A stretch of 64,000 bases of DNA from positions 1-64,000 of the forward strand of contig MQRK01225287.1 of assembly GCA_001938485.1 (NCBI GenBank). Reading direction: 5' to 3'. The position numbers were made by a program, and so were the translations under genes. This document shows positions 12,762-26,949 of the stretch, piece by piece (position 1 is the first letter of the stretch; every line of letters starts with the position of its first letter). The notes beneath the pieces are model-generated. The model worked only from the letters and a program-made list of their open reading frames with translations, made no database searches and had not been told where the DNA came from. This stretch comes from Girardia tigrina (Eukaryota).

Positions 12762-14099
12762 TAAAAGCACGTGTCGGATGTATTAATTTTTTCAACTTGG
12801 TATTCTATCTTGTAAAACACTTTTAGAGTTAAGTCGAAAAGTTTCAACAGTATATACCAAGTAAAGATGCTGAACATATCAACTATATGTAACGGTTTTT
12901 CAGAAATGTTTGTCGTGGAAACAATCAATCTTAAAAACGGCGTGGACTTAATATTAAACTTAATGCATGAAAATAAATTTCAAATCTCTTTTACTTTGAT
13001 CATTAAATATGTAGACTTTCATAGTTTTATAGTAGAGGTAGAAAAATAATTATTTTCCTATTTTTATAAATAAATCCTATTAAAAATAAGTACATTTCTA
13101 AATGCTTGCCAATGACAATGCCAAAGGATCATAAATTTAGTATACAACTTTGATCCCTATAGAGAGGTTTATAGAGTTTTTATCAATTCGGCTATCTTTT
13201 TATTAAGAACGTATGTTAACGAATAATTGCTTCTCTTTCAAGACATAATATTTGGAACAAAAACTAATAAATCCTATGTTGTTGATATAGACTGACACAA
13301 ATTAAATAAAAGAACAGTGTCAATAAGACTCAAGAAAATGTTTTCAATATCACAATTTCTATCAAATAAAATGAACTTGTTTTTCATTTTACAATTTTTA
13401 TTTTTGTTGCTATAGATTTCTTGAAACAATTTTTACTTTTTGTTTCGTTTTGTAATTTATTTGTCAAAGTTAATTAAAATGAAAAGCAATATTTTTTTTC
13501 GTTACAAGTAAAATTAACAAGTATTAACAAGTGCTTTTTTTAATTTATTTTTTTATCAGCTAAAATTACCATGATATTCATTTATATTAAATAGAAATCC
13601 TATTTTATTACTAGCTCGATTATGCTTTAAAATGATGTAGAAATAAGTAAATAATCTCCTAAATAGAGAAGGAAATAATTTTCACGAAAACTTTAACCAA
13701 TGAGTTTTTATTAAGCATTAAAGCATCTCAATTAAATGACGACAAATTGTATTAAATTGTGTTAATCTTATTTTTTTGTTTAAATATATATTTATAAATA
13801 TGTATAAATATATATTAATTATTTTTTAATTATACATTAATTATCAAAAATATTTATAAATTTATAAAATTAAAATAAAAGATAAAGATGGTAGTATAAT
13901 AAATTTCAATATAATTATTCAATTTTTTAATTAAAAGTATATCAGCAATTTTATTTTGAGTAATTTGAATGTTAATCAATGACTAGTTGTAGTGTCTTAT
14001 CGATAGAGGTTCACAGAAGTGTCACGTGGTGCTGAATCATAACACACTATGATTATCAGTAGTTTACTACATCTGAAAGACCAGTTTTTAACCAATCTT

Positions 14100-15260
14100 C
14101 TGATATTTTTTAAACCTCTCACTGAACCGAAACTTTTCATATAATGGGAAAAGAGTAGGTGAATGTTTCTTTCTTTTTTTTCTGTCTGTTAATTTTAAAG
14201 ATTTCATTTCATTCGTTTTCTATTCTGGTCTGCAACACCAGTCTATAATCTTTCACTAAATGTCTCGTTAACCATTCATTCTTTTTGTAGTTCTGACTTC
14301 AGTTGTCCGTTTGGCATATAAATGAAACAATTCTTTACAATGTTTGTTGATTGTAACACAATCCATGATAATTATTATTATCAGTATTTTTCTGTCTTAA
14401 TCTACAATTTAATTTTTTTTCTTGTAAAACATTCCTTTTTCAGTAACCTCTATTTTGACCTCTCTCGCATTCTATATTTATACTAGATTTTTCTTATGCG
14501 TCCTGTGGTCAAAAAACATAATATCTTACTGGTTTCCTTTCAGACCAATTTCCTATTATGTATCCTTCTTTCCACATCCCAAACTTTTGATTAGTTTTCG
14601 TTTCACTGGTATGACATTCTCTCTGATAAGTTTGACATTTAATCAATTTCGTGTCATAAACATACTTGGTAGTATTTGTTCTTCCGCCTCCTGTTTGGTT
14701 TTGTCTGTATCCACTAATATTTCCTACTGCTACATCACTGTAGCTCCGTGGTCTGTTTTAAATTTCATTGTCTATAACTGTATTCATGTCTTCTGTTGTA
14801 CTCTCTTTCTTTTCTTTTATCTCCTGTATTCATTTAGCCTTGTTTAATTGAAATTTTTATATCTCTATCGATATAGCAATGAAATAATCATGTTTCCTTG
14901 ACGGACTTCTCTTGTTATGTAGTGTTAAAAAATTATGTCTGTGAATCTCTTGATTTTTTCAAATTAAACCTCCTTCATTCTCTAAATGAACGAATCCATC
15001 TGGTCCTCAAATAGTGATAAAGTTCGGGGAAAAGCTTTCGCAATCGGTCTTTGTAACTCACTATTTTTTTCTAACGCTTTTTATTTGTTCTTCCAATCTC
15101 TGTGCAAAAGACAGATGATTAAGACATCCTGTTTAGGCTTCTGGATCACAATAATACTAAAGATTGCCTTGCATTTTAAATAGATGATTGTATTTTCTAA
15201 ACTTTTTGGGCAAATGTTTGTTTGCAAATAGTCCCATAGTAGCATTTTTCGCCATATTAG
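14100..15260 (-). mobile_element. Highly decayed LTR retrotransposon gag/protease region
   Basis: Purine-rich minus strand; a degenerate zinc knuckle (KLIKSLGCGK-EGYIIGNW near 14540-14600); a possible PBS-like TGGCG at about 15250. Confidence 0.4.
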
Positions 15261-16563
15261 TTGCATCGGTATCCGATTTCGTGATTTAAATTTAAAAGCC
15301 GTTTTGCATGCCATTAATTTCATATTATATTTATAATATTTTATTAGAATTAAAATACACTCAGGAGTTGCTTGTTCGTCGATTGTTCTCTATTGATGAT
15401 GATAAATAAAACAAGAGTAACATTAAATAATGAAAAGTTTATGAATGAAAGTTTTGTTATATAGAAAATAAAATATTATATATATTATGGATGAATTATA
15501 TACAACTCGAAAATTATAAATATATTTTTGGATTGAATGTTTTAATTTACTGTGAATATATCTGTCAAACATTTTGAGAATGTTGATTTCTTTATTTTTC
15601 AAGTATATCTGATTTATATTTTGAGTATTTATATTGGGAATTATTATTGATTTAATATAATATAGTATAAATTATAACATTGTTTTACAGCCAATCATTG
15701 ATTAACATTCAAACTTTTACTGTAAATTTGATCCGCGATATGTAAATTTTCTGATCCACTGTAATATACAATTCTCATAAACTCGAAACATTTGATTTTG
15801 TTGTTAGTGTAACTTGTTGCATGTTCTCTTCATTTGTTGTTATTGAGTACGGTGATGAGCACCGGAATACTGTTATATTTTAATAAATTTATTAATGTCC
15901 AATAAAACATACATAAACATATTCTAAATCAGAAAATCAAAATTTATCCTTGTCCTTAATTAATTTTCCTAAATTACCTTTATTTGGAGTTAGTTAAAAT
16001 TTTCGATTCGCCAAATAATTTAAGATTTTTTTAATTCGTAAATTAAAAAAATTAAATAAATACACAAAGTTTTGTAAAATTTAAAAAGTTAAAAATGATT
16101 TTTAAATAAAAAACAAACCAAAATTAAATAATTATATCAAACCAAAAAATGTTTACATTTATAAAAAATTATATATTTTATTATAAAAATAATAAATAAA
16201 AGTTTAAAAATTAAAATTTTAAAATAAATANNNNNNNNNNNNNNNNNNNNNNNNNNNNNNNNNNNNNNNNNNNNNNNNNNTTATAATATTTTTAAGAAAT
16301 AATTTTTTAAATAAAATGCTTGTTGTAAATTAAAATTTAATAGTTTATGATAAAATTTTATAAATATAATTAAAAAAAATTATAATTATAAATTAAATTT
16401 TATAGGTTAAGTTGAAAGAAAAACTATTACTTAATTGGATAATTAAATTCAACCAATTTTATTAATGATAAAATGAAATCCGGATGAAAATTTCCTATTA
16501 AAAACAACACTCATCCATTAAAAAAATATATTTATAGACAATATATCTCGATGGATCAACCGT

Positions 16564-17287
16564 CAGGCGCGTAGGCAGAAAAATATTATGGTGGGGATAT
16601 AATATTACGCAATACCTGCTTTCTTTTTCGAGCTTTTATTTTTACAGTTTAAAAAATTAAATTAATTGTTATTAAAATAATAAAATTTATAATACCATCG
16701 AAATACCACTAATGCAACGAATATCACTTGACCATTGTTCATTACTGGCTTCTTTAGATATGAGCATTTCGTTATCTGCAGCATGTGTTATGTTTTGAGG
16801 AAGAAAAATTTCTACGTTCTGCAAAAATTTAGGTAATTAAGATCATAATTAAATTTTTCGGGGGGGGTTTCTTAAATTTTGAAAATATTAATTGTTTTGT
16901 ATAGTTCACATATTATAACTCAAATATTTTAACTTAATCTTAATTATAGTCAGTTAAAAAAGTAGAAGTAATGAAGAACATAATTTAAATTTTTTGGGGG
17001 ACTTTTTTTAATTCGCAAAATATTAATTATTTTGGAAACTTCACCTTTTAAAATTAAGGATTTATAACTTGTTCTTATTAATATTCAGTTAAAAAAACTT
17101 TAATGTAATTATGATCGTAATTCATTTTTTTCTGGGGGATTTTTTTAATTTTGCAAAATATTATTTATTTTGGATAGTTCAAATTTTAAAATGTTAAACA
17201 TTTAAACTTATTCTTTCGTAATTAAGATCATAATTCAAACTTTTCGAGGGGATTTATCCCCCTAATCCCTCCTTGCGTACGCGCCTG
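16564..17287. mobile_element. hAT-type MITE (724 bp) with an internal tandem array
   Basis: TIR CAGGCGCGTA(G/C)GCA; 8-bp TSD TCAACCGT/TCAACCAT. Confidence 0.85.
16833..17252 (+). repeat. About 135-bp tandem repeat, roughly 3.3 diverged units, inside the hAT MITE
   Basis: Units start GTAAT(T/G)A(A/T)GA(T/A)C(A/G)TAATT at 16833, 16968, 17105 and 17218; each carries a G-run, and the three full units also share AAAATATT and TTCA blocks. Confidence 0.8.
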
Positions 17288-17739
17288 TCAACCATCATCT
17301 TCAGGTCACTGATTAATAAATAATTAATTCACCTGTATATAAATACAATAATGATGATTATGTAATCGATTGCATGAAATCATGCTAATCAAAAATTCTA
17401 ATAAGCTGGTTGAGACTGCCGATTGAACATTGATGTTAGGGCAACGTGACCTAATCAACAATGCTTCACACGACACTCTCCCAATAACTATCAAAATGCT
17501 TACACAATTTTATTAAGGTTAGAATTTCATATTCTGCTATAGTTAAATGAAACACGCTGTAATAAAAACCAAAATGATGCTTAATTATCTATAATATTAA
17601 ATTGTATTATAATTATGATATTGTTTTTAATCGGCATAAATTTAGTTTTGGTAAAACATAAATGTCCAAATTTATATTATTAAATGAGCTTTTCAATAAC
17701 AAAAATGTAAAATGTTTATGATTTTTCAATCATTTGCTT

Positions 17740-17945
17740 CGGCAAAACGAGCAATCTCTGTACTGTAATAATCTCATCACTGGGTTGACTTCTCTTCAAG
17801 AAGAAAAAAGGCTAGCATTTCAACCAAAAGAATACCAAAACGTGTTCACTGTAAAAAGATAATGAGATTTGGTTGATGGGATACAAGGATCGTCTCTAAC
17901 TGGATTTGTTATTGGTGGTGTGATGACAATGAGCGTCATTAGTTG
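17740..17945 (-). mobile_element. LINE apurinic endonuclease remnant
   Basis: Minus strand QIQLETILVSHQPNLIIFLQ*TRF resembles the APE N-terminal motif (K..LE..L....PDIIxLQETxL). Confidence 0.35.
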
Positions 17946-19229
17946 CGAAATGTCAAGTAATAATTAAATATTAACAGTGGTGCCCACCTGGCTCAACGTA
18001 ATCGCATTCATGTAGCAAAGAAAATCAAAAAGACATTGCAAAAATAACTATATCGTTGTCCACAACGATAATGAGCATAACTGCCGGGATCTGATTCTTC
18101 AGTCGTCCTGTTCTCTCACTAACACGGAATAACATGGGATTTAACATGTAGTAATCGAATTAGATAGAGATTATACTCCAGAATAATCATTTAAAGATGT
18201 TTTAATTGATTTTGTTGAATAAAATTTATGGACAAAACTGCAACCTAAGAATAACACGATCATGGTTGCGCCATCTTCTCTAACTTTAATCAAAATATAT
18301 AAGTTTTCTAATAAATTTCAGTTGATACAAATATAAGTCCATAAATACTTTAATAAATAAATGGACTAATATCACCCACTAAATATGGTTCATTTTTTAA
18401 ATAAATAAAAATATAGTCAAAAATGTATTACGTTTTACAAGCTTAATATTTTGTTTGAGTAATCAATGATATATTTTATACTGAACTAAAAGGTCTTTAT
18501 AAGGTTTTCTTATAATATTTGAAAACAATGAAAATAGTCAATATTTTTTGTCATCTCATTTACTTTCTTATTTCCTTAATTTTATTTAATTCATGCATCG
18601 GAAGTTATCAAATGATGTGGTTTTCACAAAGCATAAAAATATTATATGCATTGTTAAACATATACAATCATTATATAAAGAAATTTGGGTATTCCATTCG
18701 TTTATGTATTTTCGTCATCAGGTATAAACTTAAAAGAATATTAATAATTCAATATATCGCGATAAATGAAAATTTTATTAATAAAAGGTTTTTGTCATAC
18801 AAAAAACATATTCGATTTCGTCAATTAATTGCCTCTATTCACCGAGATAGTTTTTTTGTGTTGTTCGGTACAGGCCCCATGTTGCCATAGAGACTGACCG
18901 GTAGTAGCAGAGTCATGGTACTCGTTTTGCTGCCGTTCATGCTGGGTCAATTTTTATATTTATTTGGTTGTTCATTTAAAAATCGTTAACAATAATCAAA
19001 TTCAGAATTCCAGTCAAAATTAATGTTTTTGATGTTAGACGATAGAAAACATTTTGGATGTGCTACCTATTTTATGATTAATCCGCATTAAGCATTTTCC
19101 TTTTTCATTAAAATTATCATATTTTCCATTCAAATAACAAAAATGATATCTCTCAATGAATTGCATACCGAAAAAAAGAAATTGTTAAATTTATTTATCA
19201 AGAATGTCTTTTTCTAATTATAGGTCACC

Positions 19230-19937
19230 TACTTCCAAACCTGGAAAATTTGTGAGGAAATAAAACTAAGATTATTTACTAGTCACATTGTGATCACAGA
19301 GTATCGCGGTGAGCGCCGTAGCCGCATTCCACCGTCTCGTTTATTCACCTCTGTCTCAGGTCAATAATTAAGCTATAACTTTCCTCGCTCCTCATCTCCT
19401 TAGTCATGGATAATTTGGTAAATCAATCTTCAACATTCACCGCGAGATCACTCTGATAAACGATTTCGAACAGAGATTCATTTTTGATGCGATCATCAAT
19501 CAAGTCGTCAAGGAACACTGACCACTCGTCGTTTGACTATTTCACAAAAATTATCTCCAATAAACAGTGATTTAGTTTACGAAGAATTAATTCTTTAGAT
19601 TAAATTAGATTTTGATTGAACGATAATTTCAGAACCTTTCCCAATGTGAAATTTGACAAACATTCCTGCTGCTCTGACTATATACAATTCCATTTGTATT
19701 TCACATAGTCAATGAACATAATCAATGCGTAAAATATTTGCGTCTTGCCATACATATTAACAAGTTCGTGGACGGCCTGAATTTAGCTAGAGTACTGATA
19801 TGAGCTTTCTCCGTAAAAGCGATTTCAGGTTTGTTAGACGAAATTGGACAACATGTTTTTGATACATCTTACTATATAGCACCAAAAATATATAAATAAT
19901 GCACTGCATGTGCAATAGCGGCCCGTTAACGTGTTAA
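19230..19937 (-). mobile_element. Possible decayed piggyBac element with a TTAA end
   Basis: Terminus TTAA-CACGTTAACGGGCCG on the minus strand at about 19937; weak RNR-x-x-I-x-R-like coding traces near 19440-19480. Confidence 0.3.
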
Positions 19938-21903
19938 ACAGACATTAACTCTCCATCAATGCAGTGGTTTTGTTTTTTTAGTTTTATCAAAAACTACTTT
20001 TTTCACTATAGTCGATATTCGGAAAATTCAACAATGCAATTTGTGCACTCGAAATATTTACATTTTCTGTCTTTTGCATTTCAAAACTGAGCAAAATCAA
20101 AAACTTCAACAAAAATGAGGATGACCACCATATTCTTTATTTTCAACCGACTTAATTACACTTGACATGAATAAACAAAATCGAATTTTAAACTCAATAT
20201 TTTTGATCACGATTAGAAAAAATTTACTTACATGGTTTTTTTTCGAATTATTTTTCAAAATTAAATGTTTTCCTTTTTTTACAAATTTCTCAATCACTCG
20301 ACACCGGAATCATACTAAAGAAGGGACAAGAAACCACAATTAAACCGATTCTCGTATACATTGACATCAGAGACTCATCAAAATTTCTATATTTTATTTT
20401 AATTCTTCGTATTATTTTATAAATCCCTTCTATAATATCAATTTTAAGAATTTTCAAAGCAATTTGTTGATTTTACAATGGAAAACGTCTGTGGATTCAT
20501 TTTCAAAAGAGATTATTTCTAACTTAACAAATAATTAAGATTTTTGATCTTTGATGATTACTAGTTTTATATTTTATCAGTTACAATTTTATTAGTTTTA
20601 TTATTTAGAATTACTTTTTATTATGAACATTTGCTCATTCTATCCTTCAGATTATAGGTTAGATACCATTCTTGCGTTCTTCAAACATGACCAAATTTCA
20701 TATTACTAAGAATACTCTTTTTATTATGAATTTAAATTCTAGAATACTGTTCATTTTAAATATCTTGTAACTTATTTTTTTTCTACGTAAGACTAATGCA
20801 AATTATTATAATCACCATATATGAAATAATATGTATGAAGAACGTAAATCATATTTAGAACCATATACCAATTTAAAATTAATTCGGTAAAAGTATAATT
20901 AATTATTCTAATCAAAATAAAAAAAACGTTTTAGAATAAACTCCATATAACATGATTAATATGTTGCATGTTGTATGAAATTACGTTGAACGAGGAAAAA
21001 CTTGTAAAACACGAATGATTTTAGGATAAATATGTAAAATTGTATCGTATAAAATGAAATCACGTTGTATAAACTCGAGTGATAACGGAGTCTATTGTAT
21101 AGTCACAACAACCTTTTAAAGGAATGGAAAATAAAAGGAAAACAAATTCGTGTAGACAATCGATACAAATGCACCTTTCATCTTCTAAAATACATTCTAT
21201 TTATAGTAGAATGTGATAATACTGATTTTATCACCTTTTAAATAGACACATGTTTTAAGATTAAGAATAATAAATCATTTAAATATGGAAACAACACTTC
21301 TTAAGACTGTTTTCATTTACATAATAAATGTAAATATAATTTATAAATGAAATTTATCCGTATAAATACATTCAATGTACCTAAATATATAATGAAATTT
21401 ATTGTTAATTTTATTTTAAAAGAGTTCTTTAAAGGTTCAAGTCGCTTCTAAAATTGATGATAAAGACATTATAATAAAACTGCAGTCATTCGGATTCTCA
21501 AAATGACAAAGAAAACTAATTTTAGTAACTCTTTAACTTTGTAATATTTTCAGTATGTAAAACATGAAATTTAAGTTTCTATGTAGTGCAGTCTTATTAA
21601 ATGATGCGATAAATTGTCTGCTTTTTGCATTAGTTAGTACTAACGTCTTCAACAGTCAATTCTCTATATATAATATTATTAAGAACGATATTTCTGATTA
21701 ATACTCATGGGATTTTTATTAAATATTATAAGTAAAGTTACGTTAAATTTAATTTCAAACTATTTCTAAGTTCTACTTTTATTTATAAAATAATAATATT
21801 TCAGTATTAACCTTTTCTGCATTAACCTTAATCACATTTGTAACGTATAAATTATTTGTCAAAATCATTTATTTAACAATTTGATTATAAAAAATTCATT
21901 AGA

Positions 21904-22267
21904 ATAATCATTTATTAATTTAGTTAAATCCAATAGTCAGGTTTTTCTCAAAAGAACACCTTCAGATGGTTTCTCCATTGAAAGAACAAAAACACTTCCA
22001 TCAAAGTATAAACGCATAGACTGTGATAAATTAAACTTCTTAAAAATTAAAATAGCAATAAAACAATTAATTTAAAAAAATTCGTATGTACAACAAATGT
22101 TTAATTTACCACCAATCAGAATTCGATATTTTTCCTGTGATTTAACACAGATTATTAGTTGAATGTTTTGAGAAGAAGTGTTGCTCTATCAATGGACAAT
22201 TCATCTGAAGATGTTCTGTTAAGAATTAAACGTGATTTTCCATTTTATTGAATTAATAAATGATTAT
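21904..22267. repeat. Old foldback MITE with about 125-bp diverged inverted arms
   Basis: 21904-22030 aligns with the reverse complement of 22140-22267 (ATAATCATTTATTAATT...AGAACA(C/T)CTTCAGATG...TCCATTGA...AACACTTC...CTGTG). Confidence 0.75.
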
Positions 22268-22397
22268 GCAAAAAATATAGAAAAGCGTTATGTACATTAA
22301 TATTTAATTTAGAAAAAGTAATAAAGATCATATATTCAATCTGCTGTAATAGGTATTGCACTTTTTTAAAGTTTTTAAAATTTATATTAATTATTAT

Positions 22398-22826
22398 TAT
22401 TAAGAACACCAACATGGCTTTTCAAACTTTTATTTTCATTACAATCAGAATTGTCTTTTGGAAAACTCTCAGCAAAACTCTCGTAATTCGACATCGTTCT
22501 AAATTGATAATTTTTTGTTAATGTTTGTTAATAAACAATTATTCGAACAAATTTTTCATTATTTTNNNNNNNNNNNNNNNNNNNNNNNNNNNNNNNNNNN
22601 NNNNNNNNNNNNNNNNNNNNNNNNNNNNNNNNNNNNNNNNNNNNNNNNNNNNNNNNNNNNNNNNNNNNNNNNNNNNNNNNNNNNNNNNNNNNNNNNNNNN
22701 NNNNNNNNNNNNTCTAAAATATCAATTTTCCATCTGGGTGGGAGAAACATATTTCCAAATACTAAACTCAACATACAAAATTCAACAAACCAATTTCAAC
22801 ATACCAAATTTAAAATATTCCTCACA
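22398..22826 (-). mobile_element. TGT..ATA solo-LTR-like family, subfamily B (contains an N-gap)
   Basis: Ends read TATTAAGAAC...ATTCCTCACA on the + strand; 5-bp TSD ATTAT/ATTAT. Confidence 0.8.
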
Positions 22827-23989
22827 ATTATCAATAATAATATTTTACGTAAGTATTGTTTTAATAAATATTTTCAATATTGTTTTGAAAGTAAAATTTA
22901 TTTCGATTCATTTTTTATAGTCAAAAAGACATTTATTTCAGAAATGAATTAATAAATAGATTAATCAAAGTGTTATAAATCACTGGTTAATACTTTTCCT
23001 ACATCAGAAGTCATTTTTTACTGATCACATATAATAGAATCGTCAGGTTGTAGCAGCATATGTTAATGCAACATCTTTTTGTTTTTACTAGAGACATAAC
23101 AAGTATCTCACCATGAATATTAAGCTTTAGCGTTGATTTTGAGGTATTTGATAATCTTTAACCATGTAAGGGATAATTTGGAATGTTGTAAGTTTGTTGT
23201 TTGTATTCTGTTTAGATTTGTGACTCTCCTACTCAGATGGGATTGATATGTTTATTGATTGATTATTTGAATCTAATGAAATTAATTTAATGACATTAAT
23301 TTTAAGTACTAATTAATTAAAGTTTGATAATTATGAATTTTAATAATATTTTCAGTAAACGATTTTAACTTAAATTTTTTTTAAATTTAATATATTTTAA
23401 AAATTAATGTTTATTTAAAAAATTACGTAAAATCCAATAAAATTATGAGAAATTAAAATTTAATATTAAAATTCATTGTTTTTTAGATTTGAATACATTT
23501 GAATACAAAAACTATATCAATCAAAGAAAGATGACCTTTGAAAATTGTTGTGAAGAATCTGTTTGTGTTGTCAATAAATGTTTGCATTCAAATTGTGATG
23601 TTGTTAATAAACCGCACTAAACGAAGTAATTTTTCTTTGGGTTCTCATAGAATGAGATTTCTAATCCCCAGTCACAATTATTGTAATCCCTTTCTTTGTT
23701 GCATTTGAACTTTGAAGTGAAAAATGGTCTTTCAATGTTTATATTTTACTTCTTATATTTGTCAAATTACGGCTTCAACTTTTTTTCTTCGAATTATTTT
23801 GAACATCCAAAGCAAGGCTTGCTTTCAATTGTAACGCGCTTTAGTTGCTATTTTCTTCCAGTCAAAACAGAAAACTAAAGCTTTTAGCCAAGGTTTAGTA
23901 TGAAACTTAAATAGATGTAATGATACGTTGATATATATTATTGAAAACTATATGTAAAACCAACAAAACATTCAGAACAGGTAGAACCT

Positions 23990-24588
23990 AATTGTGCTCT
24001 TAATAAATTCATAAAAGTCACATTTTCTTATCATTAAGTTAAGAACTCGGGTAGGCTCTTCCCTTTACTGCATTCTCACCAAAACGCCTTCCAGCAAGCA
24101 TTTAAAGTTTGTGGCTTTATAGCTTTAACAGCCAAATCAGGATGATTTATCAATCCAAAATCGAAAATTTTTTCCAGACATCCATAACTGTCATCTCTTC
24201 ATTCTCTATCTTGCCCAAAATGTGCTGAAATGTCCACTTTACATAACGTTTTTTTAAAACTGCAGATGATGCCCTGATCCAATGGTTGAAAATGCTGGTT
24301 GTATTTGATGGAAGAAAGGCTATCATGACATTGGCATGTTCAATATGCGGATGACCTAACGCGTTATCGATAAGCAAAATCACTTTGAACTCGAGACTTT
24401 TATCTATCAAATATTTCTTAACTTCTGGAATAAAATATTGATTAAACCACTCTTTGAAAATTAGGTAGTTACCCACGTTTTCTTATTAGCCATCCAATGA
24501 AGTGGAAGCTTTTATTACTCAATATTTTTTTATAAACCGCACTATTTCAAAACTGCATAAAAAATCCAAATAAAAACAGAGTCTACTG
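23990..24588 (-). mobile_element. Internally deleted pogo/Tigger element (DDE_1 fragment)
   Basis: End TA-CAGTAGACTCTG at 24590-24577; LPLHWMANKKTW, FKEWFNQYFIPEVKKYL, VILLIDNALGHP, FLPSNTTS. Confidence 0.8.
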
Positions 24589-25869
24589 TATCTTTATACA
24601 AAATAAGTTGCAACAAGAACTATTTTGTATCCATTAAATTTTAAGGTTCTAAGGATATTTATCTTAAGTTCATGCATATGTGTGATACGGTATCCCAATG
24701 TCCTGGGGCTACAATGGGATAAATTTGATAAATATATTGTGACAGACGTTAAATTTTCAGAATGCGAATATATCCGACATCCTCGTTGGGTTTAGACCAT
24801 GATCCAGACAAATACATTATATAATCACATCCAGCTTCGTTCATAAAATCATACGAAACAGAAGCACACAATATGCTCTAACTAAAATTCAATAAATAGC
24901 AAATAGTATGTCTTAATGTTTTACAAATATAAGTTTTATTTTTTAAAAATGTCTATGGTTTTGTTTCCTGTTATAAGATAAAAACATTTTTCGAAAAATA
25001 AAAATTAAATGAAAATTTTTTTAATTAATATTTTTATTTAATCATAATTAGAAAATCAAATTAAGAAAATATATTTTAACAAAATAAAATATAAACTGTT
25101 GGACAGCAACGGAATGTCAACCAAATCAAATGATGTATTAAATAAAAACCACAAAACACCCTTGTAATTAAACTTTTCTCGTTTCATGTGTAATTGTATA
25201 TTCTAAAATGTTATTATCAGTTTTACAAAACATTTCGCGATCAAAAAACGATAAAATCATGTAGAAATAATATTCCAGCTGAAATATAATATTAATTAAT
25301 CAAAATTATAAACTATAATATTTTGACGTTTGATTGTCTTTTTATTACTGATTTATAGAATAACGTAATATTATTTTATAAAATCACAAATTTTCAAAAA
25401 AGGAAAATACGGAGAAAATGTTTTTTGGAGAACGATAAAATTTTCGAATCTAATATATATGAAATATAAATTAAAATCCGTTGACAAAAATCAAATTAAA
25501 ATAGAAATTATTAAAGATCAAATTTTAAAAATCTAAAACAAAATTAATTTTTAAAAATAATAAAGATGAGTTTCAAATTGAAAAGGAAGCAATCCCAAAA
25601 ATTTAAATTAATTGAAAGTGCTTACTTTTCTAAATAATTAATCGAATGAACTGAAATAAACTCGAAACGAAATAATTAACAAATGTATTGATGATTACAA
25701 CTCCTGTAGTGAGCCGATAATCGATAAAAAACAAAAAAACTGACTTTTGTTTAATTAAATTAAATTAAAATTATTAAACGTGGTTATTATTAAATTAAAA
25801 TTATTAAATTATTAAATTCAAATGTGGTAAAAAAAATGTCGGTGAAAATAAATTCTTCTGATTTCTTAC

Positions 25870-26175
25870 TTTTTTAATTTTTTAAATTGTAATCGAATGA
25901 AATCGAGCGAACCAGAGCTGCCGCAACATTGTTCAGCGAATCCGCATCCGGACAACCCACTTGGACGCATCGAGTGGACCAACGACCGATGCGACGTCGC
26001 CGACAGGACCAACACACTTCGGTGAGTCGCTGTGGGCCTTTTGCGGCGCCGACGCGCGCCCGCGTATTGACACTGGAACCGACCGATCATGTCTGCCAGC
26101 GACAATTTCCCGCACAATTAAGGGTGCTGGTTGCCGCCACTCGGTTTGGCAGTCGGTACCACAACAACTATAACG
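25870..26175. other. GC/CpG-rich island, possibly a promoter or first exon (minus-strand donor GTAAG at 25869; plus-strand GTGAGT at 26022)
   Basis: A sharp GC peak in a very AT-rich background; no recognisable protein in any frame. Confidence 0.4.
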
Positions 26176-26949
26176 AGAAAGTATCAACAAAAAAAATAAA
26201 TACCAATTCACTCTTACAGGAACGGATATAATTGTTAAAAATGCAAGATAATTTCAATTCGGAAAAGGAATTCGATTTGGCTTAGAGTTATCACAATTTC
26301 TTTCTTGCTATTCTCTGTTTTAAACATAGAATTATTGAGATTCGATGAATTAGTATAACGGCTATTTGAATAAAATTTCGATTTTTGTTTGTTTGTTTTT
26401 GTAATTTTGGATAACGTCGATTAGTATTTGATTTTTTTGGCTGAGGAATAAAAAGATAGGTCAAAACACGACAATTACTTCTCACGGTAGTTGGCAAATT
26501 AATTTGATCTTTTAATTTTTAAATTAATATTGATTTTTATTTTTTATAATTAATTGTCCTTGGCAATTTGACAATTAATAATATAATTTAATTTAGGGAA
26601 ATTAATGGGGGGAAATGAATATGACCTATCACTTTCTTTTATTTTGTCTTACCTTTTTTCTTTTAAATAAAAATTAATTTTTTCTCTTCGTCACAATAAA
26701 AATATAAAAAACTTTTACATTCGTCTTTTAAAAAAAATTATAAAATAAAAATGCACATTTACACAAATTAAACCAGGAATTTAAATACCAAGAATAAAAT
26801 GTTTTAAAAATTGGTTAATTTGAAATAATATTTTGCGTATTTTTTAAAAATTAATTGACTGAATTTTAATTTTACAAAAAAATACAATATTAAAAAATTT
26901 TGGGAAATATTTTAATTAACAATAATATTTTGCGTTTAAAAATAAAAAA

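Noticed and set aside
11655-12795. Long minus-strand ORFs of 334-370 aa, and similar ones at 7860-8090 and 22515-22952
   Set aside because: Artefacts of translating N runs.
26060-26100. IDTGTDRSCLP as a retroviral aspartic protease active site
   Set aside because: No hydrophobic strand precedes it, there is no gag or RT context, and the related copy at 27.2 kb diverges right after ID. Probably chance.
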